Positions 8,355-15,975 of a stretch of 48,822 bases of DNA are shown here, piece after piece. Position 1 is the stretch's first letter, and each line of letters begins with the position of its first letter. The position numbers and the translations under genes are program-made. This DNA is from Kiritimatiellia bacterium. GTDB taxonomy: Bacteria; Verrucomicrobiota; Kiritimatiellia; SLAD01. The stretch lies in NCBI GenBank assembly GCA_007130845.1, contig SLRP01000182.1:1-48822 (forward strand). The letters run 5' to 3'. The notes beneath the pieces are model-generated. The model saw only the letters and a list, made by a program, of their open reading frames with translations. It was not told where the DNA came from and did no database searches.

Positions 8355-8530
8355 TTAAAGCATGGCAAGTCCCGTGTGAACCGGGCGCTGTCGCGCAACT
8401 GTAATCGGCCGCAGGCCGTTAGCCAGAAAACATGCGCAGGTCCTATTGACGTGGTATCTCCTTCGCGGCATGAGGGGAAACGCGGTGCTCATGGCCCTCG
8501 TTCTCCAAGTTGGGAGATCGGGGGTTTTTT
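8355..8530 (+). promoter_or_regulatory. cobalamin riboswitch (compact type) in the leader of btuB-exbB-exbD-tonB
   Basis: GCATGGCAAGTCCCGTGTGAACCGGGCGCTGTCGCGCAACTGTAATCGGCCGCAGGCCGTTAGCCAGAAAACATGC (8360-8435), closing helix GCATG/CATGC. Followed by a conserved TCTCCTTCGCGG..TGAGGGGAA segment and a GC-rich segment plus T6 run (8519-8530). Confidence 0.8.
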
Positions 8531-8619
8531 AATTTCGCCCGTCTCCATTTCCGCAAGATGTATCGCGTCGTAACCGTAACGTAATTCCTCCGCAAGAGAG
8601 GAGAAAGTGAGTTGTATTG

Positions 8620-10497
8620 ATGAAGAGCAGGATACCACATGCGATTGTCGCGGGTTTATCCATTTGTCTTACGGCATCGTCCGTAATGTCTCAACATGAC
8701 GATGCCGGTCAGGCGGAACACGACGTGCATCAGATTACCGTCACTGCCACACGGCTGGAAATGCCTTCCGACCGGGTAGGAAGTTCAATAACCACCATAA
8801 CCGCGGATGACCTGGAGCGTACAAGGGTTCGCGACGTTCAGGATGCCCTTCGAATGGCGCCGGGTGTAGCGGTCGCACGCAGCGGCGGACCGGGCCAGAC
8901 TTCCAGCGTCTTCGTGCGCGGAGCGCCGGGAGGCTTTACACAGGTGCTGGTTGACGGTGTAAAGGTCAATGATCCCTCGGGAATCGGCACGGCATTTGAT
9001 TTCGGTAATTTCAACGTGGACAACATTGAGCGCATCGAGGTCCTGCGCGGGCCTCAAAGCACTCTTTATGGATCCGACGCCATGGCAGGCGTGATCAATA
9101 TAATCACAAGGAAAGGGGAAGGAGAACCTTCGTCGTTCGTGGATGTAGAGGCGGGATCATACGAGACATGGAAAGTAACGGCCGGTTCAAGCGGCGATAT
9201 CGACCGCTTCGATTACTCGGTAACACTTTCTCATTTCGACACGGGCGGGATTCCTGCCACCGATCAATTCGATGAGCGCGACGGCTACCGGAACAATACA
9301 TTGTCCAGCCGGGTTGGATATCAATTTACCGACGAAGTCTCCCTGTCCCTGATAACCCGGTACAGCGATTCCGACATAAGTTTTGACGCGTTTGACGCCT
9401 TTGGGATGCCGACGGATGAGGGGAGGATAGAAAAAGAGGAATTGTTTCTGCGGGCAGAAACGGATTTGACCCTTATGGATGGCTTTTGGTCGCAAAAACT
9501 CGGTGTGGGGCATGCCCGACACCGTCGGGACTTCCTGGAACAGCCCGGACAACCCGACGATTTTTTCGAAGGCGATGTAACCACAGCTGACTGGCAGCAC
9601 AACCTTTACTGGAGCGAGATGCATACCTTCACTCTTGGCGCGGATTGGGAGCGCAACAAGATTGAAACCCGCACAATTGATTCTGAGGATATGCATACCC
9701 TGGGCTTCTTCGCTCAGGACCATATCAGCGTGGCCGACCGTTGGTTTACAACTCTCGGAGCACGCCTGGACGACAATAACCGGTTTGGTTCTGAAACCAC
9801 ATACCGCGCCGCGAGTGCCTATCATCTCCTTGAAACAGGTACCAAGTTCAAGGCATCCTACGGCACCGGTTTCAAGGCGCCCAGCCTGTTTGAGATGTTT
9901 GCTGATGACGCGTTCGCTGCAGGAAATCCCGACCTGGATCCGCAGACGAGCCGCGGCTGGGATGCCGGGATCGAGCAGGCCGTAATTGGTGAGCACCTAT
10001 CCGTAGGCGCTACTTACTTCGATATCAAGTACGATGACCTGATCGCGTGGGTTCCGGGCCCGGATATGATGTCGCCCGGAACGTTTCGCAACATCAATTC
10101 AGCCAGATCAAAAGGGGTTGAGACCTTCATAGCCTCCCGCCCGGCTGAGTTTATTTCCGCCCGGCTGGACTATACCTATCTGGACAATTCGGACGATGCA
10201 GACGGCTCCTTCGAATTCCGAAGGCCCTCGGACCTGTTCGCCGCCCGGGTGGATATCATGCCCATGGACAGATTGTCTGTGACTCTGCATGGTCAATACG
10301 TGGGAAGCCGCACGGACTTCGGCGACGAAAGGCTGGACGCTTATACGCTGGTGCATCTTGCCGCGTCTTATGAGGTATCGCGTGCGTTGACCGTGTACGG
10401 CCGGGTAGAAAATCTGTTTGATGAAGATTACGTTGAAGTAGCAGGATTCCGCACCCCCGGGATTGCGGGCTACGCGGGTGTAAGGGCAACATTCTAA
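8620..10497 (+). CDS. btuB: TonB-dependent outer-membrane receptor, vitamin B12 transporter BtuB-like
   Basis: Signal peptide. Plug-domain blocks ITVTATR, DALRMAPGV, VFVRG, VLVDGVKVND, IEVLRGPQSTLYGSDAMAGVINIIT. C-terminal GVRATF ends in Phe. Riboswitch lies upstream. The ATG at 8620 is one codon inside the ORF-track TTG at 8617. Confidence 0.85.
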   Translation: MKSRIPHAIVAGLSICLTASSVMSQHDDAGQAEHDVHQITVTATRLEMPSDRVGSSITTITADDLERTRVRDVQDALRMAPGVAVARSGGPGQTSSVFVRGAPGGFTQVLVDGVKVNDPSGIGTAFDFGNFNVDNIERIEVLRGPQSTLYGSDAMAGVINIITRKGEGEPSSFVDVEAGSYETWKVTAGSSGDIDRFDYSVTLSHFDTGGIPATDQFDERDGYRNNTLSSRVGYQFTDEVSLSLITRYSDSDISFDAFDAFGMPTDEGRIEKEELFLRAETDLTLMDGFWSQKLGVGHARHRRDFLEQPGQPDDFFEGDVTTADWQHNLYWSEMHTFTLGADWERNKIETRTIDSEDMHTLGFFAQDHISVADRWFTTLGARLDDNNRFGSETTYRAASAYHLLETGTKFKASYGTGFKAPSLFEMFADDAFAAGNPDLDPQTSRGWDAGIEQAVIGEHLSVGATYFDIKYDDLIAWVPGPDMMSPGTFRNINSARSKGVETFIASRPAEFISARLDYTYLDNSDDADGSFEFRRPSDLFAARVDIMPMDRLSVTLHGQYVGSRTDFGDERLDAYTLVHLAASYEVSRALTVYGRVENLFDEDYVEVAGFRTPGIAGYAGVRATF

Positions 10498-10506
10498 GTC
10501 GGAATT

Positions 10507-10537
10507 GCGCAGGCTGGGGCTTTTGCCCGGCCTGCGC
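10507..10537 (+). terminator. GC-rich stem-loop between btuB and exbB (attenuator/processing or partial terminator, no U tract)
   Basis: GCGCAGGC (10507-10514) pairs with GCCTGCGC (10530-10537). An inner GGGC/GCCC helix closes a TTTT loop. 12 bp in total. Confidence 0.4.
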
Positions 10538-10580
10538 AAGGCCGCAGCCTGTTACTTGCTTCCTTTAATGGAGTAGATGA

Positions 10581-11210
10581 ATGCATGAGATCATGACAAG
10601 AGGCGGACCGCTGATGTGGCCGCTACTGGCTTGTTCCATCATTGCGCTCACCATCATTGTCGAACGCATGATCTTCTGGATAAGAGCCGCCCGAAAACGC
10701 GACGAGGCGTTGATATGCAGCGTGTTCGATCTTACCGAGGCGGGCGATTTCGAGAATGCCGTAGCCCTCGGTAATCGGTCGGACTCCATGGCCGTGCGAG
10801 TGCTGGTTGCCGGACTGACACACCGGAAATACGGATTGGTGTTGAGTATGGAAGCCGCCGCCGTCAGCGAAATTGAATCAATGAAGCGGGGTTTGAGTGT
10901 GCTGGACACCATAATAACAATGGCCCCGTTGCTCGGTATTCTAGGAACCGTCGCCGGTATTATCGAATCCTTTGATCTGCTGGGGGAGGCGGGAATAGAA
11001 AATCCCAGGGCGGTCACCGGCGGGATTGCCCAGGCTCTGTTGACAACCGCCGCAGGGCTTTCAGTGGCGATTGTCACCCTTATGCCGTACAACGCTTATG
11101 CAAGACGCGTCGAGAAGGTTTCCAAATACCTTGAAAAACTGACAACCCACTTTGAAGTGACCTATCAGAAAGGCCTGGGTAAAGAGGATGAAACTCAGCA
11201 GCGGCTATGA
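10581..11210 (+). CDS. exbB: MotA/TolQ/ExbB family proton channel
   Basis: 209 aa, 3 TM segments, conserved LGILGTVAGII and GGIAQALLTTAAGLSVAI blocks. Confidence 0.85.
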   Translation: MHEIMTRGGPLMWPLLACSIIALTIIVERMIFWIRAARKRDEALICSVFDLTEAGDFENAVALGNRSDSMAVRVLVAGLTHRKYGLVLSMEAAAVSEIESMKRGLSVLDTIITMAPLLGILGTVAGIIESFDLLGEAGIENPRAVTGGIAQALLTTAAGLSVAIVTLMPYNAYARRVEKVSKYLEKLTTHFEVTYQKGLGKEDETQQRL

Positions 11211-11598
11211 ACATAGACGCGCTCGCATTGAGATGCTCCCGTTGATAGATGTGGTCTTCCTTCTGCTGGTCTTTTTCATATATGTAATGCTTTCTATGGT
11301 ATTGCATCGCGGTATGGCGGTGAGCCTCCCCGAGGCGGACAGCTCTGTGACGGACACGCGTGAATATGTGGCCGTAACCATCAAGGATGACAACCGCTTG
11401 TTTGTAAATCAGGAGGAAACACCAATGGATGCCGTGGCTGCGCGGGTACTTGCATTACTCGAAACCGACGCGGATATTCCTGTATATGTGGAAGGCGATC
11501 AGAAATCTCATTTGGGCATTGCAATAGGTGTACTGGATCGTTTGCGAGGTGCAGGCATACGGGATGTTCACTTTTCCACCACGGAGAGCACTGAATGA
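11188..11598 (+). CDS. exbD: ExbD/TolR biopolymer transport protein
   Basis: 136 aa. N-terminal LPLIDVVFLLLVFF TM segment typical of ExbD. SD AAGAGG upstream. Overlaps the exbB end. Confidence 0.85.
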   Translation: MKLSSGYEHRRARIEMLPLIDVVFLLLVFFIYVMLSMVLHRGMAVSLPEADSSVTDTREYVAVTIKDDNRLFVNQEETPMDAVAARVLALLETDADIPVYVEGDQKSHLGIAIGVLDRLRGAGIRDVHFSTTESTE

Positions 11599-12248
11599 TC
11601 AGGAGGGATATAATCGCAGGACTTGTCGTTTCACTTATCCTGCATGGCATTATATGGGCTGGTACATCTTCGCAACACGCCGGTGTGGAATTAAAACAAG
11701 GCAGGGAGGCCGTTTTTCTGACCTTGCAGCCTTCAATGCCGGCGCATGAAGATTCGACCCCAATTCCGGATAAGGCGGATTCATCTGAAGTTGTGTCGGA
11801 ACAGACATTGGAGGATGTTTTGCCCGAATCCTCGGAGGCGGAAGAGCCGGTTGCCTCCGCCGATTCCGGGACCGTACGGGAACAGGAGGAACTGCAGGAC
11901 ATTCCTGCGGAAACCATGGACGATTCCACCGAACCGGCACCCGAACAGAACGCCAGCCTTGCGGAACAGGGAGTAGAAACAGAAGCCTTTATTGCTGGAT
12001 CCGTAAGCCCTGAATACCCATTTCTATCCAGACGAAGGGGAGAAGAAGGAAAAGTAACCCTTGAGGTTGAGGTAATGCCGGATGGCAGTCCTGGAGAGAT
12101 CCGCTTGAAGGTTTCAAGCGGATACGAACGCCTTGACCGTTCCGCAAAGGATGCGATGAAAGAGGCTGGCTTTGAACCGGCCACACGGGCAGGTGTGCCG
12201 ATCAGATCTACTCATAAATGGACGTTCACGTTTCGGCTTGAAGACTGA
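11595..12248 (+). CDS. tonB: energy transducer TonB
   Basis: N-terminal TM anchor, acidic/Pro-rich linker, and a C-terminal TonB domain (YPFLSRRRGEEGKVTLEVEV..G....I.L..SSGYERLD.SA..A). 4-nt overlap with exbD. Confidence 0.8.
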   Translation: MIRRDIIAGLVVSLILHGIIWAGTSSQHAGVELKQGREAVFLTLQPSMPAHEDSTPIPDKADSSEVVSEQTLEDVLPESSEAEEPVASADSGTVREQEELQDIPAETMDDSTEPAPEQNASLAEQGVETEAFIAGSVSPEYPFLSRRRGEEGKVTLEVEVMPDGSPGEIRLKVSSGYERLDRSAKDAMKEAGFEPATRAGVPIRSTHKWTFTFRLED

Positions 12249-12262
12249 TTGTAGAAATAGAA
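12247..12262. repeat. left copy of a perfect 16-nt direct repeat GATTGTAGAAATAGAA (overlaps the last 2 nt of the tonB stop codon)
   Basis: Exact match to 12711-12726. The tonB TGA is at 12246-12248. Confidence 0.9.
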
Positions 12263-12344
12263 CCTGATTTCCGAAATGGGATACCCATTCAGTCGATCGG
12301 GCTTTTGCAGTCGCTAAAGCGATGACGGACAAGACGGAGCAAGG

Positions 12345-12555
12345 GGAGTCGGTTAAGTGTAGCCGAGTAAGAGTGTCCGCGTAAGAGTGTTATTGACGGG
12401 GTACCGTCTTTGAGAGCGCCGTAAGCATGGCAGCTACGCGATGTTCGGAACGATGGACCACTAGCTTCTCATGCCCGAAAGGTACCGTCATACCCCCATT
12501 CCCCGTTCTTTACACTTAACCGGATACACTTAAACGGCTACCCTTACCCGACTCC
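12345..12555 (+). other. long imperfect inverted repeat / candidate rod-like structured RNA or miniature palindromic element
   Basis: Arm 12345-12379 pairs with 12521-12555: 29 Watson-Crick + 1 G-U + 5 mismatches over 35 positions. Inner extensions are TAAGAGTGT/ACACTTAA and ACGGGG/CCCCGT (12396-12401 / 12501-12506). The apical domain is about 99 nt. Confidence 0.6.
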
Positions 12556-12710
12556 GCTTCCCCCGCCTTCCGATATCCCCGCAGTCGAAACATCCGCTCA
12601 TCCCTGTATACGAACAGGCTCCAATTATATCCATGAGACACCCAATAACGCGATCGTTCCGTTGCAAATCAACAAGTTATGACTCGATTTCGAGGGCACT
12701 CGAAACTCAG

Positions 12711-12726
12711 GATTGTAGAAATAGAA
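12711..12726. repeat. right copy of the perfect 16-nt direct repeat GATTGTAGAAATAGAA
   Basis: Exact match to 12247-12262, 464 bp downstream. Confidence 0.9.
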
Positions 12727-12856
12727 GATTAAAAACTCATACCAGCTGAAGAGGCTGCATCCGTACTATGGCCAATCAGTCCGTTAACAATCCGGACGTA
12801 TCATGATCGCATTTCCATGACCAGACTGAGCATGCTTGCGAGTACTATCAGGGCCT

Positions 12857-13399
12857 TCACCGGAAACTATTCTGAAGCCTCAGGACACACCCTGTATCAA
12901 CTGGCCGACAGAAGACATCCCGCGGATTTTCATTATTCAACAGGATCAACAGCGCTCGGATTGTTCCGGCATGGGAGACGATAAGTATATCTCCCTTTGC
13001 GCCGATGATATGGTCTTCCATGAAGTGTTCAACCCTCTGGATCAGATCCATGTACGATTCGCCGCCTGGACAGCGCACTTGCAGATAATCCGCAAACCAC
13101 GTATTGCCCTCGGGAGAGGCCGCTATGGAATCCCAGCTTTTCATTTCCCACCGGCCGAAATTCAATTCCATCAATCGGTCATCATGGATCACATTCTGAC
13201 CGCCGGCAAGAAATGCGGCCAGCAGCCGGCATCGCGAGGAGGGGCTGGAATAAATCGTATCAAAGCTCCTGTCGCCCAGTTCATCTGCAACCTTCCCCCT
13301 GTCCATGCAAAAGGAAGCCGGCAAGCCGACATCACTGTGACCGTAACAAATGCCCGGCTTGCACGAAGTCCGGGTGTGCCGCACCAGGAAGATCGTCAT
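12857..13399 (-). CDS. cobC: alpha-ribazole phosphatase / histidine phosphatase family protein (CobC-like)
   Basis: MTIFLVRHTRT (RH catalytic motif) and SHAGTIRAL. ATGA start/stop overlap with cobS. I prefer the start at 13399 over the ORF-track 13417. Confidence 0.7.
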   Translation of the reverse strand: MTIFLVRHTRTSCKPGICYGHSDVGLPASFCMDRGKVADELGDRSFDTIYSSPSSRCRLLAAFLAGGQNVIHDDRLMELNFGRWEMKSWDSIAASPEGNTWFADYLQVRCPGGESYMDLIQRVEHFMEDHIIGAKGDILIVSHAGTIRALLILLNNENPRDVFCRPVDTGCVLRLQNSFR

Positions 13400-14160
13400 A
13401 CGGCCGCACCCCGGCACAGAACGAATGCAAGATAAAAACCCATCTCCGAGAGTTGCTGCAAGGCGCCTAGCACATCGCCGGTATACCCTCCCAGACGTTT
13501 ATGCACGTATTTCCGGAACATTGTGAATGTCAATGCCGACACGGCAAAGATAAATACTATGCACATCCACGGCAATACGGCCAAAGGAATCACACCTATA
13601 ATAACAGCTGTCCATAATGTTGAAATAGAACTCCTTTTCCCGATTGGTTTGGCCTTGCTGTGGGTATCCGCCTGCACATATTGCGATGTGTAAATCAATA
13701 TTACCGGAGACACACGGCTGAAGGAATGGGCTGCGATCATGACCAGAGGGATATGGCCGGGTTCAATGGAAATGAGCAGCAATAATTTGGCAGGAATTGC
13801 CGCCGCCAGACCCAGTGCGCCATATACGCCTATCCGGCTGTCCTTCATGATGTTCAGGATCTGATTCGGCGAATAACCGCCGCCGAATCCGTCACAGAAA
13901 TCGGCAAACGCATCTTCATGAAAAGCACCGGTGAGGAGAATCATTATTATCAGGGCTGACAACACGGAAACATGCAGGGGCAGAAAGGCATGGAAGGCCG
14001 TGAACACCAATCCTCCCGCCATTCCCACTATGATCCCAACCAGAGGGAAATACCGTGTGCTTTTATTGAGATTATCCTCCGAGAACCCGGTGCTTGCCGG
14101 GACGGGTATCTGAGAATAGAACATCAACGCGGTAAAAAATAATCTTATTTCTTTATGCAT
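13396..14160 (-). CDS. cobS: adenosylcobinamide-GDP ribazoletransferase (cobalamin synthase)
   Basis: 254 aa polytopic membrane protein. N-terminal FTALMFYSQIPVP and C-terminal GYTGDVLGA motifs are typical of CobS. Confidence 0.85.
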   Translation of the reverse strand: MHKEIRLFFTALMFYSQIPVPASTGFSEDNLNKSTRYFPLVGIIVGMAGGLVFTAFHAFLPLHVSVLSALIIMILLTGAFHEDAFADFCDGFGGGYSPNQILNIMKDSRIGVYGALGLAAAIPAKLLLLISIEPGHIPLVMIAAHSFSRVSPVILIYTSQYVQADTHSKAKPIGKRSSISTLWTAVIIGVIPLAVLPWMCIVFIFAVSALTFTMFRKYVHKRLGGYTGDVLGALQQLSEMGFYLAFVLCRGAAV

Positions 14161-14175
14161 GATTGGTGCAATGTT

Positions 14176-15186
14176 TCAGCAATCCCTGTCTGCAACACCT
14201 GCTTCGTCAAAGCTCGCCATTTCATTGAGAAAGCCCACTGCAGCCCTTATTACCGGAAATGCCACGGCCACGCCTGTTCCCTCACCCAGGCGCATGCCCA
14301 TATCCATTACCGGTTTCACATGGAGATGCTTAAGCATGAGTCTGTGGCCGCTTTCATCCGATGCATGACAGAAAATAGTGTTATCCATGATTGACCCGTC
14401 CATATGATGCGCAGCGGCCAGTGCCGCCGTGGATATGAAGCCATCCACGAGTAATGTCAATTTTCGCGCCTTGGCCTCCAGCATGGCGCCTGTCATCATC
14501 GCGATTTCCAAACCGCCGAAGACTGCCATTATTTCCAATGGATCCGAGACGGAGTATTTATCTGCGGCCTGCTTCAATATATCCGTCTTATGTCTTACAC
14601 CAGCATCATCAAGCCCGGTGCCCCTGCCAACGCATTTCTCCATTGGAAATCCTGTAAATTTATGCATCAGCAAAGCAGCGGATGAAGTGTTTCCGATGCC
14701 CATTTCCCCGAATCCCACCACATTACATCCGCCCCGCTCCACGTCGCCCAATACTTCACGTCCCTTGTCAAGGGCTCGAATACATGTTTCCGTGCTCATG
14801 GCAGGCTCTTTAAGGACGTTTCTGGTGCCATGTTCCACCTTGGCGTGGACCAGATCGAGTTCCTCAGGAAAATCGTAATCAACACCGGCATCCACCACCC
14901 GTATTTTCAAGCCGTTATGTCTGCAGAACACATTTATAGCCGCACCGCCCTCGAGAAAATTCATGACCATTTGCCCTGTCACCTCTCTTGGATAAGGACT
15001 TACTCCCTCTTCGGTCAATCCATGATCTCCGGCAAAAATCAGCACGGTGGGATATCTCAATTCAGGCGTGAGGGTCTGTTGAATCATGCCTATTTTAAAG
15101 GCAATATCTTCAAGCCTGCCCAGGGATCCGGGAGGCTTGGTCTTACGGTCGATTTTATTACGAAGCGAATCCTCTAATGCCGTCAT
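14176..15186 (-). CDS. cobT: nicotinate-nucleotide--dimethylbenzimidazole phosphoribosyltransferase
   Basis: KTKPPGSLGRLE, GEMGIGNTSSAA and GEGTGVAVA blocks typical of CobT. Confidence 0.9.
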   Translation of the reverse strand: MTALEDSLRNKIDRKTKPPGSLGRLEDIAFKIGMIQQTLTPELRYPTVLIFAGDHGLTEEGVSPYPREVTGQMVMNFLEGGAAINVFCRHNGLKIRVVDAGVDYDFPEELDLVHAKVEHGTRNVLKEPAMSTETCIRALDKGREVLGDVERGGCNVVGFGEMGIGNTSSAALLMHKFTGFPMEKCVGRGTGLDDAGVRHKTDILKQAADKYSVSDPLEIMAVFGGLEIAMMTGAMLEAKARKLTLLVDGFISTAALAAAHHMDGSIMDNTIFCHASDESGHRLMLKHLHVKPVMDMGMRLGEGTGVAVAFPVIRAAVGFLNEMASFDEAGVADRDC

Positions 15187-15692
15187 TTTATTTTTACCGG
15201 GATTCCGGACACCATCAGGAATACGGAATCCGCCGTTTCGGCGATGTGTCGGTTCATTAATCCCTGGAGGTCGGCAAATTTCCTTCCAGATTCATTTTCA
15301 GGGTGAACGCCCATTCCGAGTTCATTGGTAACCACGATAAGCGTCATGGATTGTCCGGTGAAATTATTCCATTCCTCTTTCGCAAATGTCAGGGAATCCT
15401 CCACGTTGAATCGGTGATCGAAAAAAATATTGGTCAACCACAATGTGATACAGTCGAGCAGAACCGTTTCCCCGCTCAGCATATGTCTGGAGATATTTAT
15501 TTCTTCCTCGATCGTTCGCCAGTTGGCCCCGCGATTCTGCCGGTGATGCCGGATACGCTCTGCGAAATCCTGATCCCATATGCGTGCCGTGGCCAGATAC
15601 AACGGTCGGTCGGCCTCCTGTTCAGCTATTTCCTCGGCATACCGGCTTTTCCCGGAACGTTGACCTCCGGTGATCATGGTGATTTTCAGCAC
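15183..15692 (-). CDS. cobU: bifunctional adenosylcobinamide kinase / adenosylcobinamide-phosphate guanylyltransferase
   Basis: P-loop ITGGQRSGKSRYAE, 169 aa, ATGA overlap with cobT. GTG start at 15692 (alternative ATG at 15677). Confidence 0.85.
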   Translation of the reverse strand: MLKITMITGGQRSGKSRYAEEIAEQEADRPLYLATARIWDQDFAERIRHHRQNRGANWRTIEEEINISRHMLSGETVLLDCITLWLTNIFFDHRFNVEDSLTFAKEEWNNFTGQSMTLIVVTNELGMGVHPENESGRKFADLQGLMNRHIAETADSVFLMVSGIPVKIK

Positions 15693-15744
15693 TTAAACGC
15701 TCCAGAAAGCTTGTTATATCCGGGTGTGGGCAAGGCGGACATGC

Positions 15745-15975
15745 TCAACCCCCGCTGCCGGGGGGCGCGGTCCGTCGTTGAGGGACGGGCCGGGACAGGA
15801 CAGGAGGCGCAGTTACTTCCCTTGAACCAAGTGATTCCCCGCAGAAAGTGCATCGGTAATCATGCAATTCGGAATGCGGCAAAACCAGTAATAGTTTTTC
15901 CCTTACCGGCTGGGCGGTTTTGCACTTCGGACAAAAAAGCTCGCTTGCTCTAAGATCTTCAAACTGTCTGTTCAT
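15745..15975 (-). CDS. small zinc-ribbon protein of unknown function
   Basis: CPKC...(21 aa)...CTFC arrangement with a Pro/Arg-rich tail. ATG at 15975 chosen over the TTG at 16011. No SD seen, so coding status is moderate. Confidence 0.45.
   Translation of the reverse strand: MNRQFEDLRASELFCPKCKTAQPVREKLLLVLPHSELHDYRCTFCGESLGSREVTAPPVLSRPVPQRRTAPPGSGG

Noticed and set aside
9187-9996. 269-aa antisense ORF in btuB. Similar long shadow ORFs occur at 10565-11092, 15303-15953, 20639-21346, 25125-25835, 31697-32482, 39045-39680 and 42605-43273.
   Set aside because: All overlap strongly supported genes on the opposite strand or in another frame, and none shows a family motif.
11381-12184. 267-aa Ser/Pro-rich ORF on the minus strand
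   Set aside because: It is the antisense image of the acidic/Pro-rich TonB linker and the exbD end. It is low-complexity, and the sense-strand genes are well supported.
12337-12565. The rod-like palindrome as 6S RNA, a group II intron domain V, or a retron msr/msd
   Set aside because: There is no open central bubble as expected for 6S. The CGTAAGC-ATGGCA-GCTACG hairpin does not match the domain V consensus, and no GUGYG 5' end or RT ORF is present. No reverse transcriptase gene is nearby to support a retron.
12323-12640. Mini-ORFs inside the module: 20 aa on the + strand from 12323, and 34 aa Cys-rich on the minus strand from about 12634
   Set aside because: They have no SD and are very short. 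They overlap the palindrome arms, so they mirror each other's repeats. No evidence supports translation.
12247-12726. The direct repeat GATTGTAGAAATAGAA as a CRISPR-like repeat
   Set aside because: There are only two copies, the repeat is only 16 nt, the spacer is about 448 nt, and the window has no cas genes.
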